Positions 13,124 to 23,740 of a stretch of 64,000 nt of DNA are shown piece by piece. Source of the stretch: Octopus sinensis (taxonomy: Eukaryota); assembly GCF_006345805.1 (NCBI RefSeq), contig NC_043008.1, positions 2,604,001 through 2,668,000 on the forward strand, given 5' to 3'. The notes below the pieces were generated by a model that was not told where the DNA came from, searched no databases, and saw only the letters and a program-made list of their open reading frames with translations. Every line of letters begins with the position of its first letter. The stretch's first letter is position 1. The translations under genes and the position numbers were made by a program.

Positions 13124-13520
13124 AGGTAGGTGACAGAAGCGTTAGCACGCCAGGTGAAATGCTTAGGGGTATTTCGTCTGCCGCTACGTTCTGAGTTCAA
13201 ATTCCGTCGAGGTTGACTTTGCCTTTCATCCTTTCGAAATCGATAAAGTAAGTACCAGTGACGCACTGGGGTCGCTGTAATCGACTTAATCCATCTGTCT
13301 ATCCTTGTTTGTCCTCTCTGCGTTTAGCCCCTTGTGGGTAGTAAAGAAATAGGTATTTCGTCCGTCTTGACGTACATAGTTCAAATTACGCCGAGGTTGA
13401 CTTTGCAGTTTATCTTTCAGGATCGATAAATTAAGTACCAGTTGCGCACTGGGTTCAATCTAATCGACTTCCCACTTCCCGAAATTTCGGAGCCTGTGCT
13501 TAGACTAGAAAAATAATATT
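13124..13520 (+). mobile_element. tRNA-derived SINE family B, partially dimeric
   Basis: gttagcacgcc...gagttcaaattcc (B-box) ...gactttgcctttcatcctttcg...gtcgataaa.taagtaccag core occurs twice (13140-13350, 13355-13520); homologous to 17335, 17910, 19365, 19950, 38175, 63300, 63488. Confidence 0.8.
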
Positions 13521-13599
13521 ATCCAAAAACAAGTCCGTTAGTAAAATGTTACACTGGGTATATTGATACATTTCAAAGTATAAGAAACGGTAGTAAATT

Positions 13600-14100
13600 C
13601 TAGAACATTTCACTATTCGATTTCTGCCATGCGTCTTTTTTCCGTGACATATCTTTCTATTAATTGCTTAAAGCGATGGAACCTAGAGTTTCCAATAGTT
13701 GAAGACATTCTGGTGACTTTAATGTTTAGCCAAGGCAATGTTCTGCGTAACGTCGTCCTTTGCTGTATTAAAGCATTCGTACATTTCGGTATATTGTAAA
13801 CTTTCTGATGCCGTCTCCGATCCATGGATGTATCGATACATCGATAAGCTACTTCCGTTTGCACTGGTACGAGAATTCGTTTCTTTTTTTCCATTATGCA
13901 CATCAGTATCTGAGACACTTGAAAATCTTTGAATATAGCTTTTCTCATTTTAACTAAGCCACAGAATGAAGATAATCTAATATTGACGCATCATTGAATC
14001 GACCATTAGATATGTCAAAGTCATATTCCTGATTATGTCCGTCCAGTGCAAAAAGTTTTTAGTCACTTTCATTAATAGAAACATTAGTATTTTCTAAATC
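13600..14100 (-). mobile_element. Degenerate RTE-clade LINE C-terminal remnant
   Basis: Minus-strand .ISINE..L., E..KRI, IHGSET (cf. LYGSETW), TLRRTLPWLNIKVT (cf. LRRIL.ISW.DKVTN). Confidence 0.4.
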
Positions 14101-14169
14101 TCTTCAAACGTGCTGAACTATAATGTCATTATTTTATGCGACCAGATGTAAGAGTTGCAATAGTCGTCC

Positions 14170-15010
14170 AAGAGCATGTATGCAGCTAGTCCCAAAGACC
14201 AGAACTTACAGGCAACAATGTATGGAAGACTAATTCGCAAGAAGTTGAGTCTGTCCTACCTGGGGCTGACTCCGCCTGTGATACTGTGGGAATCTGGTAA
14301 ACGTACAAGGGCATCCTGTTGTCAAGGTTTAAGTAATATATTGGCTTCCAAAATCGAACCAGGTAGCGTTTCTTTCGAAGGGGAAGTACGCACTGGTACA
14401 GCGTAGCCGGAGTGTGGGACCTGTGTGGAGACCTTTGTGATTTTCTTCGGCGTTTCAGATGTGGTGTCATGGGAGCACTGGGGCGCGACAAGTCAAAGCC
14501 AGTCCGCGAATTCTGCGAGCAAATGGAGGCTCCGCTTCACACGTCCAACTGTCGCAACGCCTACAGAGAAACCACTAACCTCAGGAGTTTGGAGGCATTC
14601 ACTTCGAATTAACATCAGAGAATTACACTCTGATGGCTGACGTCTGACTGAGAAAGCAAATGTGGCGTCTCGCTTCTCATCGCACTTTGGGAGTATCCAA
14701 CCATGCCTCTACTCAGAAATCGATATGCGTCATGTTTCTTGCATGAATCGAGATGGCGATCTCAGATTTTGTGACTGTGTTGCTCGACTTTTCATGCTAG
14801 ACTCGGCTTTCTGTGTTCAATAGAATCCTGCTGGATTGATTGTTAGTGTAAGTCGGCCACATATATCCATGGATCGGAGACGTGATTACTGCAAATGAGG
14901 AGGTGTCACGCAGAAATGATGACCTACAGGGACCTTACTCATCAGGTTGACCTGGGAATATACCGACAAATGGTGAAAGTGGCATCGCACTTCAGAATCG
15001 CTTCCCCCGA
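14170..15010 (+). mobile_element. GC-richer degenerate LINE-like block
   Basis: Higher GC than flanks; weak RTE-like words (PGAD; W.GDVITANEEVSRR...GPY); no intact ORF. Confidence 0.3.
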
Positions 15011-15059
15011 CTCCTAACCTGACCTAAAATGTAGAAAGTGTTTCAATTGATAAAATCGC

Positions 15060-15480
15060 GTCAATATTTACACTCTGATATCTACAAAAATAAAAGTCAC
15101 TTTCTAAAATTACAGATTATTTGGAAGTGAGATTACACTGCATCATACAGTGAATACTGCTCTAAATCTTTTTCTGGGAATGTTGCCGTTTAGCTTCAGA
15201 TCATATTTGAAGGAACAATTCGTTTTGTGATCTAACATGTTCCATTAGTAAACATACTATATTATTTCTGACTTATCGAAAGTCTTCTTTACTCTTTTAA
15301 AATGTTAGTGTATGGCTTCAACAATTTGTGGTTGATATTACCGGTTGGTCGAATAACTGCATATTTTGTCCTCCTTTGCCTTGTAGATATAAATGTTATT
15401 AATATCTGCTTCCTTGAAAATCAATATTTCCTATTGACAGAACGTTCCACAAATTCTACAAACATGTAATAGCGATACCA
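15060..15480 (-). mobile_element. Degenerate RTE-clade LINE RT N-terminal remnant
   Basis: Minus-strand FKEADI..IYIYK.K.DK.C and MI....RQ..EK..EQ..LY.AV, matching RTE RT subdomains; possibly the same element as 13600-14100. Confidence 0.45.
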
Positions 15481-15869
15481 TAGACTATTTCTTCGTTATC
15501 GGTAGACCAGATCTTATAACAGATGTACGGTGAAAAAGTTTCCCGTGTGGCCAATAAAACATAGCTTACCTAAAACAGCTTTAATACACCAGTTCAAGAA
15601 ATAATACAAACAAATATAAGAATAAATTATATATAACCTGGTTATCAGTGCGTAAGGCGATAAACAGCCGTGGAATACTGTTACCCACAAAACATGAATG
15701 TTATTTATGAGTTCTACCTAATACAAAGATATGTCACATCAACAGGCGTATCTTGTGTCTTGTATCTCCAATTTGTTTCAGAATTGCTTATTCCTTATTT
15801 TCATATTCATGATTTAAACATTAATTCTTTTTTCTTTATTTCATAGACCTGATCTGGATCAAATGCCTA

Positions 15870-16735
15870 GTGCAAGGGCAGCGGAAGAAAAAAAAAGAAT
15901 TATAGATGCGGAAGACCGGCTTCCAAACAAACCGACGTCAGTGGGGATCTTCTGTTGTGGAAGATGAGGGTTTAATTGAAATAATTTAACAGCAACCAAG
16001 CACAAGCACTCGTCAATTGTCGACTGAATTTGATCTGTCTCAAAGCACCATCAATCAACACTTTCATAAGCTCTTCATGAACTGAAGAAAGAACAGGCTC
16101 ATCGACGTACGGACATTTTCTAACAAATGTTTGCAAATACTCGAGATGCTAATTTTTATCATCGAATTGTAACTGAGGATAAAAATGTATCTATTATCGC
16201 AAAACTGATAAGAGAAACCAGTGGCTGTGTTCCATCCAGGCTTCAGAAACTTTTGCCAAACAAGGGCAGTTTGAACAGGTCATCATGTATTTGTCGCTGA
16301 ATTTTGATGGAAAATTTCGACTGGGTATTGATTTTATCTCAGAAGGTCATGCTGTGAACGCTAACACATGCTCAACAATTGCAACGGGTATATGATGCTT
16401 TGATCACCCGCAATCGGAAAAGTGGTCTATTTCAGCCTCGCACTGCCACGGCACTAAATGCCAATGAGAGCAAGCGCAATTATTATTTAATTATTATTAT
16501 ATACTAACTCGAGTGGTTGTAATGGCTAACTCACCCTATCTCTAGTTCAAATATTTCTCTTTCGGATTACCCACCTTTTCTGAGTCATGGCTCATTTCGT
16601 GAGTGAAGCTGAAAAGGGTTGTAGGGAGAATTTTGCCTCCAAACCCGCCGAATGGTGAAAGCATGGAATTGAGTTTCTAGTAAAACAATGGAAAAAGCTA
16701 TGAAATATGACGGGATATCTTTTCATGAATGGAAG
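15870..16735 (+). mobile_element. Degenerate mariner transposase
   Basis: QQPSTSTRQLS.EF.LSQSTI..H.HKL; RIVTED; KRNQW; VNANT; SDY-like region; EFFASKP.EW.K.GI..L..QW.K...DG.F-like C-terminus, with frameshifts. Confidence 0.75.
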
Positions 16736-17334
16736 TTTGAACTAGTAATTAAAACTTCAAATAGGGGAGAAGTTTGACACAGTCTGGTAGATATCAGATT
16801 CAGTCGATCAATGGAGAGACTTTTGTCAATGCTATTTAATTTCCTTTCTTGTTTTCATACAAAATTATCCTTCATTTAATAAAACACTTAATTGCAAGTC
16901 CATTCTTGCATTAGCCAATTATCATTGTGTATACTATTTTCAAAGATGGTTTTAATTCTATATAGACATTTGAGTGGCTTTCTGTAAAGATATAAAGGAT
17001 ATCAAGATGGATTGAAGAAAATCTCTCAAATACACAAATATAAAAGATGTTAAAAGTTGAAAAAAAACATGAGATTGTAATTTAATAAATTGTTACATTT
17101 TCAACAAATTTGTATAGGGTTCGTAATTCTTCATCAGCCAATCGCGACCCAGTGGAACTTGTATAGTTGCAGTTAACTTTTTCTGGTTCAAAAGAATCCC
17201 AGACCAACTCTACAAATTTTCTTATATTTGGTACTATCATTCAATTAAAAACTGAAATTAAAATCTGCATGCAACAAAATTCAGATGGTTCAAACCGGGC
17301 TACAAAAAGTTACAGCAGTGAAAATATTGGTCAC

Positions 17335-17545
17335 AGAATTTGGCACAAGGCTAGCAATTCCGGATGGGGCGTGAGGTCGATTACACTGAACCATTCTTCA
17401 AAACCTAATTATTTTATCGACCCTGCAATGATGAGTGGCAACGTTGATCTCTCTGGAATTTTAACGTACGGACGAAGGAAATGCTGCAAAATATTTTCCC
17501 AGACATGCTAAAGATTCTATCACCCCGCCGCCCTACAGCAGTAAA
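17335..17545 (-). mobile_element. SINE family B, degenerate
   Basis: gtcgattacact...attttatcgaccctgcaatgatga...gctaaagattct is the revcomp of the family B core. Confidence 0.6.
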
Positions 17546-17909
17546 ATATTGGGACAATATTATAGTTATAACAGTACTTCTTTTATATTCTCATTTTGAA
17601 TCTAGCTTTAGATTTAAGTTGCCCAGTATGCTACAAGTGATAACAAACTAAAAGAAATTCAGCCAATAATTGAATCCTCGATGAAATTGCTTTTAATTTT
17701 GTCATTCCAGTGGTTAAGCACTTTGTGCCGTTTTTTCAACAGAGTACGGCGCGATTACAAAGAGTTTCATTCCTTTTTTCCTGTGCATCAAACAAATATA
17801 CCGATGCACAATTGAAATTGTTTGACAATATATTATTAGCAGATAATATTCATTTTACAACATTAGAACAGATATTTTAGTCAATATTAAAAATTATTTT
17901 TCTAAGACA

Positions 17910-18050
17910 AATCGTTAGCCCCTCCGGCCAAATACTTCGCGGCATTTCGTCCTTGCACATGTTCTCAGTTCAAATACCCCGGAAATCTATTTCGCTCTTA
18001 ATCTTTTCGGCGTCGATAAAATAAATATCAATGCAGCACGTGTTGTCTGT
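17910..18050 (+). mobile_element. SINE family B, degenerate
   Basis: aatcgttagc...ggcatttcgtcc...agttcaaat...cttttcggcgtcgataaaataa. Confidence 0.55.
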
Positions 18051-18989
18051 GTAGTCCATATACTCCCACGCATTAATTTGCTGGCATTGTGACAAAATTG
18101 TAAGCCAATGTTAAAATATATTTTGCGATAGATGTATGATGATTGGAAGAGAACATTTGAGTGTGTGGTGGTCTCAGTAAAACCTTCGTTTGTAGTTCTG
18201 CTCAATCCGAGCTGACTGGGATCAAACAACAGCATAAAATATATATCAGTGAATTCCGCTAATTGTAATTGTCATTCATAAATTTTCCCAAGTGACCGAC
18301 AAAAATATTAAATTCAATCATTAGATATTTAGAGATACTACAAGTCGACATCAACTGAAATATTTTGAAGAAGCTTCGTTTAAATTGCCTCGAGAATATG
18401 TATTAGTAATATTATGTCTGAAAATTACGTAATTGTTCCCCCTTTTTCACTTCAAGTAATCAATAATCAATATTCTTCTATATAAATATCTTTGATCACT
18501 AATATTCATGCATCTATATTTCGATGTTTCTTTCGGTAATTAATATCAATATTAATATATTGATCAATATTCAATTGCTACACGAAATTAGATAGTACAG
18601 TAACACTAAAAATTAGCTTTAAGTACACAAATTGTTTTCACATTTGTCATTTGAATTATAAATTTGAATTTATTAAATAACAACTTTCTTCTTATTGACG
18701 AGAATGCCTGTAAGATTTTACTTGCCCAGAGAGCAAAGTTATTTCTAATTACTAACCTGGGGTAATCAACAAAGTAGATATGGTCATATTTAGAACAGAT
18801 TTTTTGAAATTACTGATCGATCGATCTTCAGCTGGGTTAAGTAAAAATAAGTGCAATATTTAGAATTTAATGTTAACAATGATAAACTCCAACCATTTGG
18901 ATTTGAGAATAAGCTCATTGATCTTGACCCCTTTATAGTCTACGGGCTAATCCAATGAAATATGCTAACCACTGACCAGGAAAATGTTC

Positions 18990-19300
18990 ATAGTTTTTCG
19001 TGGAGAATTAAATGTGTTTACACGTAACTACTATCGCCAAATAATGATCTTTAGGTGAGCGATAGATTAAGTCTATACCAGAAAAATAGAAACGGTGTTT
19101 TCTTCCACAAAGATTTTAACAACGAATTAACACATGGTTTTGCGACTTTACTTGAAAAGTCTGCATTCAAGAGGCAGCAGTTGGGTAACACGGTTTTCAC
19201 ATGGCGAAATATCATCCATCACTGTTTTGTTTGCCCTTAACTTCACCCTGCAAGACAACTTTGAGCGATTCGTTGGTTTTCTCTATTTTGAAATTTACCT
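18990..19300 (+). mobile_element. Possible mariner catalytic-domain fragment
   Basis: NRNGVFFHKD resembles mariner NRKGVLFHQDN; flanking similarity weak. Confidence 0.3.
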
Positions 19301-19364
19301 CAAATCTTGATTTAACATTTCAAACGATAAACAAATAAACTACAAAAGACGAAAAGAAATCAAT

Positions 19365-19495
19365 AATAAAAGTAATCCTTTCTACAATAGGCACAAAGCC
19401 TGAAATTTTTCGGAGAGTGGGTGGATAGATTACACCGACTCCTGTGTTCAGCTGATACATATTTTATCAACCGCGAAGGTTGAAAGGTAAAAATC
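19365..19495 (-). mobile_element. SINE family B 3' part
   Basis: ctttctacaataggcacaaagcctgaaattt...tattttatcaaccgcgaaggttgaaagg is the revcomp of core plus tail. Confidence 0.6.
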
Positions 19496-19949
19496 AAAAT
19501 AGAAACGTCACAATAAGGACAACCACGAACGAGACGTTAGTCATTAGATTGCTCTGTAAATTTAAGATGACTGTGTTAAATCTTATGTGGAGTATATAAC
19601 TTAGTAATATAAGACGTATAAGGAAGTACCTTATGTTAATTAATAAAGTGTTATCAAGCGTAATAGAACTACGCAGGAGTGTAATAACAAACCATATATA
19701 ATTAGTAGTCTGGTGAGGGTCGATAAATATATTCACATGTATTAGTGAATATATTCATAATAAATAATACAGTTCTAATATGGTTACAAATATGAAACAG
19801 TAGCAGAAGCAGAGTTCGTTTCCTATGATGCTTATCAGCTTGGAAGCCACGCACCTCTATTTTTGTAAAGAAATATCTGCTCTGTTGCACACTTCAAGGC
19901 AAAATCTCAAAAATAGAGATAATTCTAAGCATTTCGGTCATCCGTAAAT

Positions 19950-20085
19950 ATGAATCATATGTCAACTTTGCCTGTGATCCTTTCGGGGTCGATTAAATAA
20001 GAACCAGTTACGCACTGGGGTCAATATAATTTACTTAATCCGTTTGTCCCTTCTGTGTTTAGCCCCTTGTGGGTAGTAAAGAAAG
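19950..20085 (+). mobile_element. SINE family B core plus tail
   Basis: tcctttcggggtcgattaaataagaaccagttacgcactggggtc...tgtttagccccttgtgggtagtaaagaaa, near-identical to 13230-13350. Confidence 0.75.
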
Positions 20086-20323
20086 TGTAAATATGAATCA
20101 TATACAGATATCAGTCACAAAACATTCATTACTGGATACTATAAATAAAACTGCAAACAATCACAGCCATCATTAATCATTAGAATGTAATTGATGGTAG
20201 ATGGAATATGTCTCCATCATTTTAGAATAAATTTTCTGTGACCTACTGTCGCTCGTTCCTTGTTTCCATTTCTCCATATATAAGTGTATATAGAAATTGG
20301 AATATATGTACTAATATCAGAAT

Positions 20324-20534
20324 AATACAGTCCTGTATTTAAGAGATGAGGAATTATATACATTATTTACATTATTTCTATTTGACGAATAATTGTTCTC
20401 ATCTTGTTTTTTGTTAAGATAACGTTTCGGCTGATATAGCCTCCAGCCTTCATCAGGTGTCTTGGGGAAATTTCAAACCTGAGTTCTCAATCCCAAGGTA
20501 TTTCTTTATGTTGATGTTATTATCATTATTGCTG

Positions 20535-20605
<71 letters not shown>

Positions 20606-20667
20606 GTTAAGGTCACTGCCCGGAATCTTAGGATTAGTAGCCCGAGCTCTTAACCACTATGCCTGTG
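20324..20667 (-). mobile_element. tRNA-headed element family D, full length: tRNA-like head, (TAA)n linker, hammerhead-containing tail
   Basis: Colinear with 21335-21705 in reverse orientation; both end at ...ACTGTATT. Confidence 0.8.
20414..20463 (-). ncRNA. Minimal type I hammerhead ribozyme motif (intact core)
   Basis: revcomp aagacac CTGATGA a GGCTG gaggctatat CAGCC GAAAC GTT atcttaa: CUGAUGA core, perfect 5-bp helix II, GAAAC-GUH; helix I partly mismatched. Confidence 0.7.
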
Positions 20668-20671
20668 GGCT

Positions 20672-20769
20672 CACGGGCATATGGCGTAGTGGTTAAGAGC
20701 GTGGGCGACTAACCCTAAGATTCCGAATTCGATTCCAGGCAGTGACCTTGATAATAATAATAATAATAT
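20672..20769 (+). mobile_element. Family D tRNA-like head plus short (TAA)n, inverted relative to 20324-20667
   Basis: ggcatatggcgtagtggttaagagc (A-box) ...gaattcgattcc (B-box) aggcagtgacc. Confidence 0.8.
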
Positions 20770-20879
20770 TATCAGAATGTTTGCAAATATAAATGCAAAT
20801 ATATTTATTTAAATAGACATACGATGCGTATATTTAGCTGGGTAATAACATATACATTTGTTCAGCTATATCAAGATAT

Positions 20880-21095
20880 ATATAGTTGAAATTTATATAA
20901 AAACAAAAGACGAAGACAAGTGTACAAACAAGAAGAAGGTATATTATTTTCACGGGAAGGTGAGAAAGTCTTTTACGTTTCGAGCCTAAGCACTTCCACA
21001 GGAAGGAACACGGGGAAATAAACAGAGGGAGAGAATAAAAACAATTGCGGATTTAGCGCTCAATCACGGCGACTGGTTGGAGAGGTAGGGAGAAA
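20880..21095 (-). mobile_element. Penelope-pLTR-like repeat fragment with degenerate hammerhead motif
   Basis: revcomp cttc CTGTGGA a GTGC ttag GCTC GAAAC GTA aaag (20970-21005); family assignment is inference. Confidence 0.45.
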
Positions 21096-21334
21096 GGAAG
21101 ATAATATACAACATGTAATCCCGAAACGAACGTGCTCGTGCGTGCGTGTATGCGACTGTGTATAAATGTGTGCGTGTTGATAGGGTCTAGTGACCTTCAA
21201 GTCTGGATGTCTGCGTGTGTGTGTGCGTCTCTAATATGTGGGTGTGCGGCTGAATGTGTGTGTGTGCGCAGATGTGATGGTCTGTGGTTGTGCAGATGTT
21301 GGTGCGTTGTATGGGTGCTGGGATTGGATTCCAC

Positions 21335-21705
21335 AAGCATATGGCGTAGTAGTTAAGAGCGCGGGCTACTAACCCCAATATTCCGCGTTCGATTCCAAGC
21401 AGTAACCTGAATAACAATAATAATAATAATAAAATAATAATAATAATAATAATATTAATAATAATAATAATAATAATATTAATAATAATAATAATAATAA
21501 TAATGATAATAATAATAATGGTAGTAACATCGAAAAATACCTTAGAAAGGAGAACCGAAGTTAGGAATGTCTCCAAGACGCCCGATGAAGACTGGAATGT
21601 ATATCAGCCGAAACGTTGTATTAACAACAATCAAGGCGAGGGAACATATCTGTCAAATGTAAATAATGTACAAAATTCCTCATCTCTAAGATATAGAACT
21701 GTATT
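21335..21705 (+). mobile_element. tRNA-headed element family D, full length, second copy
   Basis: gcatatggcgtagtagttaagagcgcgggctactaacccc...gcgttcgattcc, (TAA)n, acatcgaaaaatacctt..., degenerate hammerhead at 21577-21622, end gaactgtatt. Confidence 0.8.
21577..21622 (+). ncRNA. Degenerate hammerhead motif (core C-C-G-A instead of C-U-G-A)
   Basis: gacgc CCGATGA a GACTG gaatgtatat CAGCC GAAAC GTT gtatt. Confidence 0.55.
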
Positions 21706-22210
21706 TCTAATGCTCGTCTGGAATCGAAAACTTGAACTTGCTTTCGTGAATGCAACATGCGAATCCAAACACAATGCAGCTTGAAGCACACACAAACACA
21801 CACATACACATATCCACACACACAAACAAAATATATTAGATCTATATTCGTATATATGTATGAGAGAAGAAGAGTATTTGGATGTGTGTTTCGAGCTTGC
21901 AAGATTTTTATTGCGGAACATACGAACATACTTCAGATTATTCATGAGATGCGAAAGAAAACCAATGTTGAAGCATAATTTTCGCCGAATTATTTATGCA
22001 AAAAAAGTCACATGAATAAATAAATAATCGGTGCCTTGAGAAATTTTCCGCTAAGTGATATTGCTTCCTCGGTTACTTCTCAATAGGTTCTGTAATACGA
22101 AAATGTGAGTGATGAAGCTAGAAATAGTAACCACTAAAGCATATTAATTATAAATCATTCTTTTCATTTTACTATACTTGTTCACTACGCTTAATTGATT
22201 GAGTTTCTTC

Positions 22211-22255
<45 letters not shown>

Positions 22256-22508
22256 TATATATATATTATATATATATATATACGTACATACAAACATACA
22301 TATATATATATATATACACATGTATGTGATATATGATGTATAAAAACATGTAACATACATATAAATATCCGTAAATATAAATTCATCCGAATTTCTGAGT
22401 ACCTCATTTCTTCTAATATAAAATGCCTGTACATTATCTCCAAACCTTCTTTTATATATATATATGTATGTGTGTGTGTGTGTATGTGTGCGTGTGAGTA
22501 TATGCGTC

Positions 22509-22559
<51 letters not shown>

Positions 22560-22574
22560 CAGATCGCTCTGGTA

Positions 22575-23140
22575 ATATGTAATCCCGTACAACGTATTGC
22601 ATGGTGGGTTCGTCGGTGACCAAGCTGGGAACCCCACCAAGCTTTCTTGGTGAGGAAGGTCACTTTTGGAACCCTGCGGGATAAAAAACCACCCCTCAGA
22701 GGGCGGAAGAGCTCAGGAAAGTCAACAACCATCCAATAAATTATGCAAAATTATGTGGATGTATTTTATGTTGTGTGTGTGAATTCTTGTGTGTATTTAT
22801 GAACTTTTTATGAATAATTTTGTGTATAATGTTTATGGATTTTTTGTATACATGTATATATATTTTTATATTTTTATGTGCATTACGTTTATATTATTTC
22901 ATATTTTTATTTGTATTATGTATATATGTATTTCTATTTTATTATCTTGTTCAGTGTGTATGAGGTTGTGTATTCATTATTGCTAATTTTGTGGCAGTTA
23001 ATGCCTGTCGGTGTGAGTGCATCTAAAACCCTTGAGATGGGCATATATTCGCTCCTTAATCTTGGATGAATATCTATCTAGAAGAAGGCTACTCCGAATT
23101 TAAACCTGCAGTCTCAGGGAGCATCCATTGGTGATGATTT
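22575..23140 (+). mobile_element. Possible LINE (RTE-like) 5' non-coding region, split by an AT-rich low-complexity tract
   Basis: GC-richer structured block 22575-22760 and 22985-23140; resemblance to LINE 5' regions is from recall only. Confidence 0.3.
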
Positions 23141-23588
23141 TTTCCTCTTTACGGGTTATGCTTTTGGTACTTAGAGAGTGAGATTGGGGAGGGCAAGCTC
23201 TCTCTTCAAGTTAAAAATTTCTGGCACATGTATTGCTTGAGCAACTTTTGCTAAAGTTACACGAGCTCACTATCGTAAGCTCAACGAGCCATGCGCCTTC
23301 ACAATAATAATAACTGTAACCACAACAACAACAACGACCATCCCTACAGGAAGTGCTAAATATCGTGTTAACTGGAACGGCTCATGTACTGAGAAGAGCA
23401 TTATCGCTGTGAAAACAACATCCATTCATGAATTTATTTACTCAATAATTTTTCAAATACATATTTTACCTGTGAATTTGTGTGTGTAATCTGCGAATGC
23501 ATACAATGGAGCTTCTCTGCCCTTGGTGTACAGAAAACACTCGGCGAGAAACGTGAGAAAATTTGAAGAAAGAATGAAAGAAAAAAAA

Positions 23589-23606
23589 ATAATAATGATG
23601 ATGATG

Positions 23607-23672
<66 letters not shown>

Positions 23673-23740
23673 TAATAATAATAATAACAACAATAATAAT
23701 AGTAATAACAACCACAAAAATGATAATGATAATAATATCA
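23589..23740. repeat. (TAA)n/(TGA)n trinucleotide microsatellite
   Basis: Directly visible. Confidence 0.95.

Noticed and set aside
17167-17511. 114-aa ORF
   Set aside because: Its second half is the antisense of a family B SINE; no protein similarity recognised.
20672-20748. tRNA gene
   Set aside because: Has A/B boxes but no acceptor-stem pairing and is attached to a repeated tail; it is a SINE head.
23150-23410. Minus-strand exon encoding a TM segment (MVVVVVVVTVIII)
   Set aside because: The hydrophobic stretch is a (GTT)n/(ATT)n microsatellite followed by a SINE-like head (ggcgcatggctc).
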